This document shows positions 49,112 through 59,593 of a stretch of DNA of 64,000 nt, in pieces (the stretch's first letter is position 1; the number at the start of each line of letters is the position of its first letter). The stretch is from Nitrosopumilus sp. (GTDB lineage Archaea; Thermoproteota; Nitrososphaeria; Nitrososphaerales; Nitrosopumilaceae): positions 1,248,001 through 1,312,000 of the forward strand of contig OZ244732.1 of the NCBI GenBank assembly GCA_965219345.1, given 5' to 3'. A program made the translations under genes and the position numbers. The notes under the pieces are model-generated. The model was not told where the DNA came from. It made no database searches and saw only the letters and a program-made list of their open reading frames with translations.

Positions 49112-49744
49112 TTGCAATTTGCTGGAATCTTAAAAATTCGTTCATTTGAAAAAATTAAAGAATTTCTTAAAGAAGAACATATTGGCAGAATTTCTAGTAT
49201 TGATAAAAATGGGTTTCCTCAAATAATTCCTATGAATTTTGTTTGTTTGAATGATAATATCTATATGCACTCTCATGTTAGAGGTGAAAAATTAGATAAT
49301 ATTTCTCGTAACGATAAAGTAGGTTTTGAAGTAGATAAAGAACTAGAATTTCTACCATCTTATTTTGAGGATCCTAATGATGCATCTCTGGCAGATACTT
49401 TGTATATCAGTGTTGTAATCAAAGGAATTGGTTCTTTTGTAACTGATAGAAAAGAAAAGACACTTGCTCTCAATGGATTGATGGAAAAATATCAACCCGA
49501 AGGACAGTATGACCCAATTAAATCTGATATGCAAGTTTTAGATAAAGTTACTGTAATCAAAGTAACTTCACAAACAATACATGGAAAATACAAAATTGGT
49601 CAGAACATGAATCTTACAGATAGAATGGATTTAGCACAAAAGATTTTGAAAAGAAATTCTCCATCAGCGAAACAAACTCTGAAAATTATGGGGTTTGAAG
49701 TGACTGATGACGGACTAAGAATGGTTGATGAACCCGTATGGTAG
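49112..49744 (+). CDS. Pyridoxamine 5'-phosphate oxidase-like flavin-binding protein
   Basis: P.IIPMNF..IYMHS..GEKL..V.FEVD...YISVVIKG. Confidence 0.88.
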   Translation: MQFAGILKIRSFEKIKEFLKEEHIGRISSIDKNGFPQIIPMNFVCLNDNIYMHSHVRGEKLDNISRNDKVGFEVDKELEFLPSYFEDPNDASLADTLYISVVIKGIGSFVTDRKEKTLALNGLMEKYQPEGQYDPIKSDMQVLDKVTVIKVTSQTIHGKYKIGQNMNLTDRMDLAQKILKRNSPSAKQTLKIMGFEVTDDGLRMVDEPVW

Positions 49745-49802
49745 CACAGAATGTAATTGTGATTAAAATCAGAAAAAATAAGAAAAAAGGAAAAAGTTTT
49801 GG

Positions 49803-50468
49803 TTAGTTCACTGTAACACTGCCAGTCATCCATGGATGAACCATACAATAGTACTCATAGCTACCTGCCTCTTCAAAGCTAAATGCATATGTTGCATCTG
49901 CCATGACTAGACTGCTATCAAATACTCCTGATGGACCATCAAATGCATTTCCGCCAGTCACTGTATGTGCTGCTGTGTCTACATTCATCCAATGTACTGT
50001 ATCTCCAGCATTAATTGTGACATCTGCTGGTGACCAACATTCGTTAGTTTCTTCACATCCTGGAACTGAAGTTCCTCCTGGAATTTCAATATGGTGTGTT
50101 TGTGGTTCTGCTGTCTCTTCCATCATGACTTCATCTTCCATCATGACTTCATCTTCCATCATGACTTCATCTTCCATCATGACTTCATCTTCCATCATGA
50201 CTTCATCTTCCATCATGACTTCATCTTCCATCATGACTTCATCTTCCATCATGACTTCATCTTCCATCATGACTTCATCTTCCATCATGACTTCATCTTC
50301 CATCATGACTTCATCTTCCATCATGACTTCATCTTCCATCATGACTTCATCTTCCATCATGACTTCATCACCGGCATTTTGTGTTGCGCCCATTGAAGCT
50401 GTAGCTCCTAATGCTACAGCTACAATTGCCATTGTTAATGCAATTGCTGCTTTGTCTATAACTGCCAT
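49803..50468 (-). CDS. Type-1 blue copper (plastocyanin/azurin-like) protein with 14 DEVMME repeats
   Basis: AHTVT...YYCMVHPWMTG copper ligands; signal/anchor helix. Confidence 0.93.
   Translation of the reverse strand: MAVIDKAAIALTMAIVAVALGATASMGATQNAGDEVMMEDEVMMEDEVMMEDEVMMEDEVMMEDEVMMEDEVMMEDEVMMEDEVMMEDEVMMEDEVMMEDEVMMEDEVMMEDEVMMEETAEPQTHHIEIPGGTSVPGCEETNECWSPADVTINAGDTVHWMNVDTAAHTVTGGNAFDGPSGVFDSSLVMADATYAFSFEEAGSYEYYCMVHPWMTGSVTVN
50118..50369. repeat. Perfect 18-bp tandem repeat x14
   Basis: ttccatcatgacttcatc; 252 bp in total. Confidence 0.97.
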
Positions 50469-50773
50469 AATTGATCTTAAATTTTATGTATGCTAAATAA
50501 ATCTAATTGTCAATATTACGTTCATAATTTCAATTTTAGAAGATTTTCAAGTTAACCGTATATTTTCCTACTTTTTGGTATTAATTCCATTTTCATAAAT
50601 CTTGATTTTTTGATATTTTTCAAATATTTGCAAAAATTTCAAAAATCAATTGAAAATTTTACATGATCGCTCTAATCGAACAATAACTGTTGTCAATGAT
50701 ATTGAACAATTCTTTCTTTTATGAATCTAGTACGTAATACAACTAACATTGTAGACGAGCTGTCATCAAGTAA

Positions 50774-51184
50774 CTAACTGTTTTTGGTCTTAAGCTCCTT
50801 TGCAATGATCTTTTTTTTGGCTAAATTTTTTTCTGTATTAATTATTTCAAATTCGATATTTAATTTTCTCTGTTCTATTAATTTTTTAATGGGCTGTATT
50901 CGCTTTTCTATAAATTCATCTTCAATTTTTAAACTAGATTTAAAATGATCATACATAATTTTTTCATCTAATTTTATTTTGACAGTGTCTTCATTTTTTA
51001 TTATAAAAACTCCAATTCCCCAAAACAAACCAACATGTAATGTGATATACTTTGATTGCAAACTTGTTACTTTATCGTTATAGATTTCTATATGATCTCG
51101 GCTCTGCTCAATAATTGAATCCTCAGTTTGAATAATCTATGAAATCTTTTTTGTATTTCCATATGAATAAAAAACATGATGCAA
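50774..51184 (-). pseudogene. Hypothetical gene with an in-frame stop
   Basis: (M)HHVFYSYGNTKKIS*IIQTED... continues in frame into ORF 50774-51061. Confidence 0.55.
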
Positions 51185-51260
51185 TTGTCAACCAAAAAGG
51201 GGCCTTTTGTCTATATATTTTGAATACGCTCCTTATGATCATAGATTGAAATGTGTATTC

Positions 51261-51467
51261 ATGCTTGAGTCGCACACATTCTTCTCAAAGATGGTCGATG
51301 AACTAGTAGAATTCTCTGAGTATGATCCGGAATTAGCAGACGGAATAAGATGGCTTGATGATCAGGCACAGAAAAAAGGTATCACATTTTATGATATGGT
51401 TTTTGAAGTGTTGTACAAACATGACGTAAACTCTAAAGCAAAAGAGTGGCTCAGTACAAGAAATTAA
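51261..51467 (+). CDS. Small hypothetical protein
   Basis: MLESHTFFSKMVDELVEFSEYDPELADGIRWLD...; start uncertain. Confidence 0.7.
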   Translation: MLESHTFFSKMVDELVEFSEYDPELADGIRWLDDQAQKKGITFYDMVFEVLYKHDVNSKAKEWLSTRN

Positions 51468-51470
51468 AAA

Positions 51471-52643
51471 TTATTTTCTCAAGTCTAGTGTTTTATATTC
51501 ACACCCTTCTGGGCCACAATACTTTCCAACATAGGCAGCTTTTGGTCTATAGAGTGCTGGTTTTGGTGCTGCTTCTGCGAATTTTTCTTCAATGATATGA
51601 GCTGCCCATCCTACAACTCTTGAAATTGCAAAGATTGGTGTGTTAAGGTCTACTGGAATTTTTAACATGTAGTAGATTGAAGCGCTATACAAATCTACAT
51701 TGGGATAGATATCTCGATCTTTCTGAGATTTCATCTCAGAAATAGTTGTGGTTTCAATTTTTTCTGTCATATCAAACCATGGTTCTTTGGTTTGTTCTGC
51801 TAGTTTTCTTGACAATTCTTTTAGAACTTGTGCTCGTGGATCATATGTTCTGTAAACTGCATGACCCATTCCCATAATTCTTTCACCTTTACTCATTTTT
51901 TCTTTAATGTATGGTTGAACTTTTCCTATATCTCCAATCTCTAACAACATTTTCATAACTTCCGTATTTGCACCTCCGTGTAATTCACCACTTAATGCTC
52001 CAATTGCAGCACTTGATGCTGAGTACATATGTGCTCTTGTTGATGCAACTTGTCTTGCTGTAAATGTTGATGCATTGAAGGTATGGTCAGCATGAAGAAT
52101 TAAACATACATCAAAGACTTTTTCCACTTCCGGATCTGGTTTTTTACCAGACATCATGTATAGAAAATTTGCAGCATGGCTTAGAGAAGGATCAGGATCT
52201 ACAATTTTTAATCCATTTCTAATTCTTTGCCAACTTGCAATGATAGTGGGGACTTTTGCAATGAGGTTTATTGCTCTATCATAACTAGCCTCTTTAGTTG
52301 CAAATTCTTCATCATAATAACCTGCAAGAGCAGCAACAAATGCCTGAAGCATATCCATGGGGTCTGCATCTTTTCTCCAATTTCCAATGTTCTTCTGCAT
52401 TTGCTTTGGAATTTGTCTTGCGTCAATCAATTTTGCATTAAATTCACTTAGTTGAGCTTTGTTTGGCAGACTATCATGAATCAGCAAATATGCTGTTTCT
52501 TCAAAGTTTGAGTTTTTTGCAAGATCTAAAATATCATATCCTCGATAAATGAGCTTGCCGATTTCTCCTTCAATGTTTGAGATCCTGGTATCTGCAATCT
52601 CAATTCCACGCAAACCAATGTTTTTAGTCTCCATATTGAGCAT
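51471..52643 (-). CDS. gltA: Citrate synthase
   Basis: DHTFNAST, LHGGAN, GMGHAVY and PNVD motifs. Confidence 0.95.
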   Translation of the reverse strand: MLNMETKNIGLRGIEIADTRISNIEGEIGKLIYRGYDILDLAKNSNFEETAYLLIHDSLPNKAQLSEFNAKLIDARQIPKQMQKNIGNWRKDADPMDMLQAFVAALAGYYDEEFATKEASYDRAINLIAKVPTIIASWQRIRNGLKIVDPDPSLSHAANFLYMMSGKKPDPEVEKVFDVCLILHADHTFNASTFTARQVASTRAHMYSASSAAIGALSGELHGGANTEVMKMLLEIGDIGKVQPYIKEKMSKGERIMGMGHAVYRTYDPRAQVLKELSRKLAEQTKEPWFDMTEKIETTTISEMKSQKDRDIYPNVDLYSASIYYMLKIPVDLNTPIFAISRVVGWAAHIIEEKFAEAAPKPALYRPKAAYVGKYCGPEGCEYKTLDLRK

Positions 52644-52752
52644 ACCGAAAATCTTCTATTATATTTTCGCCAAAATTATGTCTATGAAGTTTAGTAATTA
52701 GTCTAATATGGTAACTTTTGGCCATAAATGAAAATTTCTAATTTAAAATTAA

Positions 52753-52944
52753 ATGACACCCAAAGAGCGTAAACATTTACAAAAATTAGACGACCTGGTA
52801 CTTAACGCATCCCCAAAGGAATTAGCAAAAATTCGAGAAATCGACCATTTAACCCAGATGGAAGGATTGTCATTTTGTGATATCTATATTGATTCCAGTT
52901 CTTTGATTAATCAAAGCATCAAAAAGTCTTTTAGAAAATCTTAG
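52753..52944 (+). CDS. Small hypothetical protein
   Basis: 63-aa ORF with ATG. Confidence 0.5.
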   Translation: MTPKERKHLQKLDDLVLNASPKELAKIREIDHLTQMEGLSFCDIYIDSSSLINQSIKKSFRKS

Positions 52945-52988
52945 TTTTTCATTCTTCATTTAAATGAGGGACTAATTTTTCAATCGTA

Positions 52989-54044
52989 TTGTCAGTATCT
53001 AAACCAAAGAAACCTGCAAGTAAAAAAATTGTAAAAAAGACTTCCTCTAAAAAAACTGTTAAGAAACAACGAACAAAAGTAATCTGTATTTCTCATAAGG
53101 AAGATGCTGATGGAATCAGCTCAGCTGCATTAATCCGACAAGCCTTTGGCGGAGATGCAATTCTTGTAGATTATCCCGGTCAAATGGAAGCTATTCAACA
53201 AGTAGTTTTAGATAAAAAACTAAAATCTTTGTATATTTGTGATCTAGGACTAAGCAAAAAGACACAAGATGAATTTGTAGATATTATGACAACTCTTAGA
53301 AAAAATAAAATTGCAGTTACTTACATTGATCATCACGATCTTGATCCTACTGTTATAAAATCACTGAAGAAAATCAAAGTCAAAGTTATTCATGATATCA
53401 ATGAATGTACTGCTGTTCAGATTTATACCGCATTCAAATCCAGACTCAATGATCATGCTTCATTTATTGCAACGTGTGCAGCTATTACTGATTATATGGA
53501 GGATAGGCCAATTGGCTCCAAATTACTCCAAATTTATGACAGACAATTTGCACTAATCAACGCTACAGTACTTACATACAATATTGTTGGACATCAAAAG
53601 GAACCAGATTATTTACTGTATTTAGCAGAAGAATTGGCAGACTCTAAATTCCCACATGACATTCCAAATTCTTTTGAGTTTGCCCAAATTCAAGTCGAAA
53701 AACTCTCTCAGATGATTGCCAAAGTAAAGAAAGGAATGAAAACCATGAAAAATCTTGGTTATATGGAAATTTTAGATGCAGGAGCAAGTGGTGCTGTTAA
53801 CTTTGTGATGGGGTTATCAGGAAAAGATGTTGGTGTTGCATACAAAGAAAGAGTTGATCACGGTATCTATGCTGTTTCAGTAAGAGGTTCTAAGGACTGT
53901 AAAGTCCATTTAGGTAAAATTGTTAATATTTTAGCAACCGACCTTGGCGGTTCTGGTGGTGGACATGATAAGGCATGTGGTGCTGTAGTTCCAAAACCAA
54001 AGATAAAGAAATTCATTACAGAATTAAACAAAAAAATAAAGTAA
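52989..54044 (+). CDS. DHH/DHHA1 family phosphoesterase
   Basis: HKEDADG, DHH and GGGH motifs. Confidence 0.92.
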   Translation: MSVSKPKKPASKKIVKKTSSKKTVKKQRTKVICISHKEDADGISSAALIRQAFGGDAILVDYPGQMEAIQQVVLDKKLKSLYICDLGLSKKTQDEFVDIMTTLRKNKIAVTYIDHHDLDPTVIKSLKKIKVKVIHDINECTAVQIYTAFKSRLNDHASFIATCAAITDYMEDRPIGSKLLQIYDRQFALINATVLTYNIVGHQKEPDYLLYLAEELADSKFPHDIPNSFEFAQIQVEKLSQMIAKVKKGMKTMKNLGYMEILDAGASGAVNFVMGLSGKDVGVAYKERVDHGIYAVSVRGSKDCKVHLGKIVNILATDLGGSGGGHDKACGAVVPKPKIKKFITELNKKIK

Positions 54045-54467
54045 TCACTGTAGGAATCTGGGAATTTTCCTAACTAGATGTGAAATTGATATTCTTCCTG
54101 GTCCTGCAACAATAATTACTAAACTTGCAGCAAGAAGTATCAAGTCTAGCTCAAATGCTTTTTCTCCTGTGAGATTTGTAGCGCCTTTTACGTAAAATAT
54201 AGCTCCTAACATTACTATAGATAATAATGAGGATGAAATTCTAGTTAAAACTCCAATAATTAACAATATTCCTGGAATCGTTTCTGCCAATGCAATTGGG
54301 ATTTGCATCTCTGGTGGAAATCCAAGAGAACCGCTAAGAAACCCTGCAAAACCTGGATCAAACTTTGCTGTTCCGTGAACAATGAAAATCACTCCAATGG
54401 CAGTTCGTAATCCCATGAAAGCAACATCATGTAATACGTTTCCCTTTAGAGTTGCCTCCGTGTTCAT
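54045..54467 (-). CDS. DoxX family membrane protein
   Basis: LR..IGVIFIVHG..K and GPGRIS motifs. Confidence 0.9.
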   Translation of the reverse strand: MNTEATLKGNVLHDVAFMGLRTAIGVIFIVHGTAKFDPGFAGFLSGSLGFPPEMQIPIALAETIPGILLIIGVLTRISSSLLSIVMLGAIFYVKGATNLTGEKAFELDLILLAASLVIIVAGPGRISISHLVRKIPRFLQ

Positions 54468-55250
54468 GAATAGTTTTTTTTCTAAACGTATTAAAAGGAT
54501 CTGTGCGAATTAATGATAGGGTTGGAGTAATTTTTTAATATTTTACAAACACAAATTATTCAAAATTGAACCCAAAGATTATAGTACCTATAGTCATAAT
54601 TGGTGTTGCAATTGCTGTGTTAGCTGTTTCATTCCAAGGTGAATCTATTCCTGAAATCATCATTTCTAATCAAATTGAGTCTGTTGCAATTGATTTTGAG
54701 TCTACAGAACTGATTATGATGGAGACAAATGGCGTCAAGCATATCATTCCACTTGATAAGATCAAAGGAGGCGGACCACCAAAAGATGGAATTCCTTCCA
54801 TTGACAGTCCTATATTTGCAAATGTTCAAGGTTCTCACTTTATGTCTGATTCTGATACTGTTCTTGGAGTAGAAATTAATGGAGAAGTAAAAGCTTATCC
54901 TCTCTTTATCTTAGTTTGGCATGAAATAATTAATGACAATGTGGGTGGAACGCCAGTAGCTGTTACTTATTGTCCATTATGTTATGCCAATCAAGTCTTT
55001 GAGAGAGTTATTGATGGACAAGAAGTAGAATTTGGAACTTCTGGAAAACTATACAACAATAACTTGTTGATGTACGATAGATTAACTGAATCGTATTGGA
55101 GTCAAGCACTTGGAATATCAGTTAAAGGTGAACTAAGTGGATACAAACTGAATTTAATTCCGTTTGATGTCATTACTTGGGGTGATTGGAAAACACTTCA
55201 TCCTAATACATTGGTATTGACAACTGATACAGGACACATTCGTTCGTATA

Positions 55251-56550
55251 CAGTAGTCGGAAATGTCCCCATAAAACCAGCCAACAGATGCTCTCTGATG
55301 CGTTAACATTTTTCGATCATACAGATCTATTATCTACAGTGCCCTTACCCACCTTAGTGTTAGTGCAAAAAGGTGGGCAGGTACACCGTAACAAGATTGG
55401 AGAAAGGATACTTAATACCTTGTCAGCAATACTAGAGTCTTCATCCATAGGATTCTCTACTAGGAAGAATGCTCAATATGGGGTAAGCGAGTTTGTAGCC
55501 ATACTGATGAAGATGTCTGAATCCAACATAGCTTCCGAGGAAGCAATCAGGCTTCTCAAGCACGCAGAAAAGAAGATGCCATCACCCAAGTGGTTTCGCA
55601 ACAGGATAAACTCGTTGGGATCAGGCAGTGCAGACAAACTCTGCAGGGACATGCTCACACGCACCGCAAGACTTGCCAAGAATACATGCCGATACAAGGG
55701 AGGCGTACTAGTAGCAATAGACAAGCACCTGATACCAAGGCATGACAAGGACAACATGTCACATTTGACAAGATCCAAACCAAAGGGCGGTACAAGCAAG
55801 TTCGAGTGTTACGCAACAATGCATGTGGTAGCAGAACGGGTTCCTGCCATTTTGGAGTGCATGCAGGTAACGCGCAGCGTGGATGATGCCGATTTTGTGC
55901 GTAAATTCGTACAAAAACTCAAGGGTTACAGGATACGGGCCCGGCTGCTGCTGATGGACCGCGAGTTCTACTCTACTGAAATAATCAATCTTGTATCAGA
56001 ACATAGATGCAAGTTCCTGATGCCTGCAGTCAAGAACGCGGGGATAAAGAGGATGATACGGGAGCACCACGATAAATCACGCAAGGCAGTCTCACAGTAC
56101 GCCATCAGAAACGCAGCAGGTCAGTCTGCCACATTCACATTGATAATCACGCCATCAAAAAAGATAGACGATCCTGATGCTGACATCACGGAAAGATACA
56201 ATGTCTTTGCCACCAACCTTTCCCCAGCCAAGGCATTAGAAGAGATTGAGACGCTTCCAGATGAGTACAAGAGTAGGTGGGGAATAGAGACAGGATACAA
56301 GCAGGTCGAGCAGGTGCGTCCGAGGACAACAAGCCGCAATGCGTCATTTAGGGGAATCATGTTTCACGTCTCGATGTTCATGTACAATGCATGGGCAGTG
56401 GAGCAGTACCGAACAGATTCAAATTATGATCGGGTAACCCTGGCACTTGTCGCATATGCTACGGCAATGGCTGCGTTGGAATTATGCAGGATGGCGGGTC
56501 AACCGTATGATGTCGGAGGATCTGCCTAAGAGGCATATTTCCGACTACTG
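55251..56550 (+). mobile_element. ISH3-type (IS4-like) insertion sequence, 1300 bp
   Basis: TIR CAGTAGTCGGAAAT / ATTTCCGACTACTG; 5-bp target duplication GTATA (55246-55250, 56551-56555). Confidence 0.93.
55288..56529 (+). CDS. DDE transposase (ISH3/IS4-like); true start may be downstream
   Basis: VAID, LMDREFY and YKSRWGIETGYK motifs. Confidence 0.92.
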   Translation: MLSDALTFFDHTDLLSTVPLPTLVLVQKGGQVHRNKIGERILNTLSAILESSSIGFSTRKNAQYGVSEFVAILMKMSESNIASEEAIRLLKHAEKKMPSPKWFRNRINSLGSGSADKLCRDMLTRTARLAKNTCRYKGGVLVAIDKHLIPRHDKDNMSHLTRSKPKGGTSKFECYATMHVVAERVPAILECMQVTRSVDDADFVRKFVQKLKGYRIRARLLLMDREFYSTEIINLVSEHRCKFLMPAVKNAGIKRMIREHHDKSRKAVSQYAIRNAAGQSATFTLIITPSKKIDDPDADITERYNVFATNLSPAKALEEIETLPDEYKSRWGIETGYKQVEQVRPRTTSRNASFRGIMFHVSMFMYNAWAVEQYRTDSNYDRVTLALVAYATAMAALELCRMAGQPYDVGGSA

Positions 56551-57212
56551 GTATACAACTGATCCTTACGGAAGTTATTACGCAGAACCACGAATAATGT
56601 TTCCAGTAGAACATCAAGATGATAGAATGCATCCAAAAGAGATAATCCTTGGACTTAATCTAGATGATATCTACAAAGCTTACAAACAAAATTATATTGA
56701 ATCAAACGATAAGAGCTTAATTCAAAAGTATGCCTCATTAGGGAAAGTTATATTAACAGAGAATGACAGATAAAATCATGGGAATTCAATATGTAGCTGA
56801 CAAACTCTGGAAAAAATATGGAGGACCAAAAGGCCCAGGATTCAATTTGGATTCATTGGCAGATAATATGGCCGGATGGACCAATTACAGTTATTCTGAT
56901 TCATTAGCAGCTTTGAAAATATCTGCTTACAGGACCTAAAAAAGATTGACAGGGTATTGGACAAGCTAATCAGGTAAGGACAATACTCTTAAAAATCAAA
57001 AAAAAAAAAATCTTATTTGGAATAAAAAAAAGAAGTTCATATTCTTTCTCTTCCATCAGAGTAAAAATTTTTAATTAAAATTGAAATAATTTTAATAAAT
57101 ATTTGATTTTAATCGAATTTTTTTAATACATATAAAGAATACTTGGCAGCTTTATTACCAAGGATTCCAGTTTTTCTTCAATTAAGACTATTGTGCCTTT
57201 TTTTGGCTGATT

Positions 57213-58373
57213 TTAGTTTTTACTTATTTTGATGTGAACTTTTTCGCCTTTGTTGGAATTGTTTTGATAAATTGTTTTGGTTTTGTAACCTTGTTTTTGG
57301 AGGCATCCATCTAAAATTGAAATCCAAGGTAGTGAATGACTACTGTTTAGTTTTGACTCAATCATGATATTTTTGGTATTTACTTCATAATTCACACGTC
57401 CTGAGCACGTTATCTGCATTATTGCGTCCAACATCTCTATGATATCATCAAGTGATTTTGACTTTAATGAAATTCCATTTTTTTCCAATAGTTTGAACAT
57501 ATCAAATTCAGGTTTTTTTGACATCATTATAGAATTTAGAATATACATCAAACCGGTTTCATTAACAGTTTTAATTATTTTGTAAATTTCTTGTGCTTCT
57601 GTTTTTGTCATATCTGCAAGGGCTCTAGTTTTTATTGCATTCTTCCAGATGTTAGAAAATACTTTTTCCTGATTACTCCCAAGAATTTCAGTAGATGAAA
57701 AAATTGCTCCTTTTCCATTATTATTACTAATCATTAACAGTTCAGTCTCATCAAAAATAAAGCAATTTTGAGTAATCTCTGATGCTCTGATCTCAACTCC
57801 GTCAGGAATTGTTCTATATGACTCTGAGCAAATTTGTGTAGGAAGAACAAGTAGTTTAACATCCAGATTTCGACGTAAAACTGATAGTAACTGTTCTTTA
57901 CATTCAGCTAATAATCCAAACCCCCATTGGTCTGCCATTATTTTAATTGATGATTTTGAACCTCCAATCATAGTCTGAAGTTGAGCCAAGACATTATTTG
58001 CACTAAGTTCAAAGTATTTTTTTTCTTCAGACCCTCTAGATTTTCTACTTTCTTCACTGGCTTTCTTTAGATTTGAAATCAATGTGTTCATTGCATTTAC
58101 CTTGTTGATTTGTTCATGAATGATTCCATCAAATGCATCCTCAGGTGCAATCGCTGTACACATTATTGGCTTGCTCTTTGATATTATTACCAACTTCTTA
58201 TTTTCCAGTTTCAATAAAGTTGGATAGATTTTAGTTCGCGGAATCTCTGAATAATATGCTAACTCCCCTGCAGATATTGTTCCTTTAGCAATCAGAGCTA
58301 CATATGCCTGTGCTTCATATTTGCTTAATCCAAATTCTTCTAAACTGACTGTCAATGCATGTTCATTTACCAT
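57213..58373 (-). CDS. TrmB family transcriptional regulator
   Basis: FGLSKYEAQAY...IPRTKIYPTL. Confidence 0.9.
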   Translation of the reverse strand: MVNEHALTVSLEEFGLSKYEAQAYVALIAKGTISAGELAYYSEIPRTKIYPTLLKLENKKLVIISKSKPIMCTAIAPEDAFDGIIHEQINKVNAMNTLISNLKKASEESRKSRGSEEKKYFELSANNVLAQLQTMIGGSKSSIKIMADQWGFGLLAECKEQLLSVLRRNLDVKLLVLPTQICSESYRTIPDGVEIRASEITQNCFIFDETELLMISNNNGKGAIFSSTEILGSNQEKVFSNIWKNAIKTRALADMTKTEAQEIYKIIKTVNETGLMYILNSIMMSKKPEFDMFKLLEKNGISLKSKSLDDIIEMLDAIMQITCSGRVNYEVNTKNIMIESKLNSSHSLPWISILDGCLQKQGYKTKTIYQNNSNKGEKVHIKISKN

Positions 58374-58542
58374 GATTCTATTTGATCTGTTATTAGGTAA
58401 AATTGAGAGCTAAATTCCTTTAGACAACTACTCAAAAAAAATCAAAATTGTATCTGCAGGTGGGTGTAATCGTAGTTACTGAATTAATTGTTACAAGGCC
58501 CTCAAATACAAAATCTAGAATAACAAAATACATGTTGGTTAA

Positions 58543-59096
58543 ATGCAATGTTAGCACATTGGAAATGGAAACATATCTCATTCAGTTACTCTTGTTCCAA
58601 GATTGAAATATTCTATAAATCTGCTAGATGAAATTATTGATATTCTCAAGGAAAAAAAATGTTACCTAAAAAAATCAAACAGATCTTTGGTTACTGATTT
58701 TGATGATACTGATAATGTTCACCTTGAAGCAATTGAACTAGAACGAATTACTACCTTTTCTTTAGAGATACTCTCTCTCAAATAAAAAAAATAACAGTAA
58801 GAATATCTGACATAAACATCACTACTGAAATACTGCCTGCAGCTATCCCAATTATTCGAACAGTCAGTGCACAATTATTTGGCATTGTTCCAAATTGTAG
58901 CCAAAAACTATCTGAACTGTCAGTTCATTTGTGCAGTATAGTACTAGATTCTGCTGCACTCACAAATGCACGATTTGACTTTGTTCAATCAAATGAGGAA
59001 TCCTCAACTTTGCTTAATGAAGTAAAGTTGATGGTAGACTCTAAAATAAGTAAGCAGTACCCTAATCTTGATTTTTTTAAAGTATGTAATACTTGA
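58543..59096 (+). pseudogene. Divergent ESCRT-III/CdvB-like gene with a nonsense codon and a frameshift
   Basis: MQC*HIG...; 2-nt slip in the CT tract near 58771; C-terminus IPIIRTVSAQLFGIVP..LSEL...NEESSTLLNEV...KQYPNL; two genes upstream of Vps4. Confidence 0.65.
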
Positions 59097-59584
59097 CAAT
59101 ACTGAATTCTAAACGAAACTTTTCTAAGGATATTGAACGTATTAGAACACTTTCGTCAAAGATTGATAAAAAACTATCAGAGGCTAAACCTTCTGATGAT
59201 GATAAACTAGACAAATTTACTTCAGAAGAACTACAGGATTTAAACAAAATTGTTGGAGTTGCTGATTTCATGCTATGCAAATATGCTGACAAAAAAGAAA
59301 TGCACTCAATTCTACAGCACTTTGTATCTATTATTTCTGATACTGCCAAATCTCTTGATAGTTTAGATGATGAATTATCTGAACTGATAATTTCAGCTGA
59401 AGACTCGATAAACAAAGTAAAAGATATGCATGTCCATATATCTGAGAAATCTGATTTCAAAAAGCAATATCATGATGGGCCTGAGTATAATGAGCATGAA
59501 ACAAGTGCAATTAATTTAACCAATTTTGGCACACAGGTTAACATAGCAGAATACCAACAAAATTCTCAAGAAGAAGCTGCGTAG
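59093..59584 (+). CDS. Helical hypothetical protein upstream of cdvC
   Basis: Intact coiled-coil ORF; TTGA overlap with upstream pseudogene. Confidence 0.75.
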   Translation: MTILNSKRNFSKDIERIRTLSSKIDKKLSEAKPSDDDKLDKFTSEELQDLNKIVGVADFMLCKYADKKEMHSILQHFVSIISDTAKSLDSLDDELSELIISAEDSINKVKDMHVHISEKSDFKKQYHDGPEYNEHETSAINLTNFGTQVNIAEYQQNSQEEAA

Positions 59585-59593
59585 GTAATTAAG

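Larger units (their letters stand above)
54566..56773 (+). pseudogene. DUF3179 family protein interrupted by an IS
   Basis: GGPPKDGIPSID, TYCPLC and FGTSGKLY motifs; frame resumes after the IS as TTDPYGSYY...HPKE. Confidence 0.9.

Noticed and set aside
49903-50496. Plus-strand ORFs with SSIMTS or HHDFIF repeats
   Set aside because: Antisense shadows of the 18-bp repeat in the blue copper gene.
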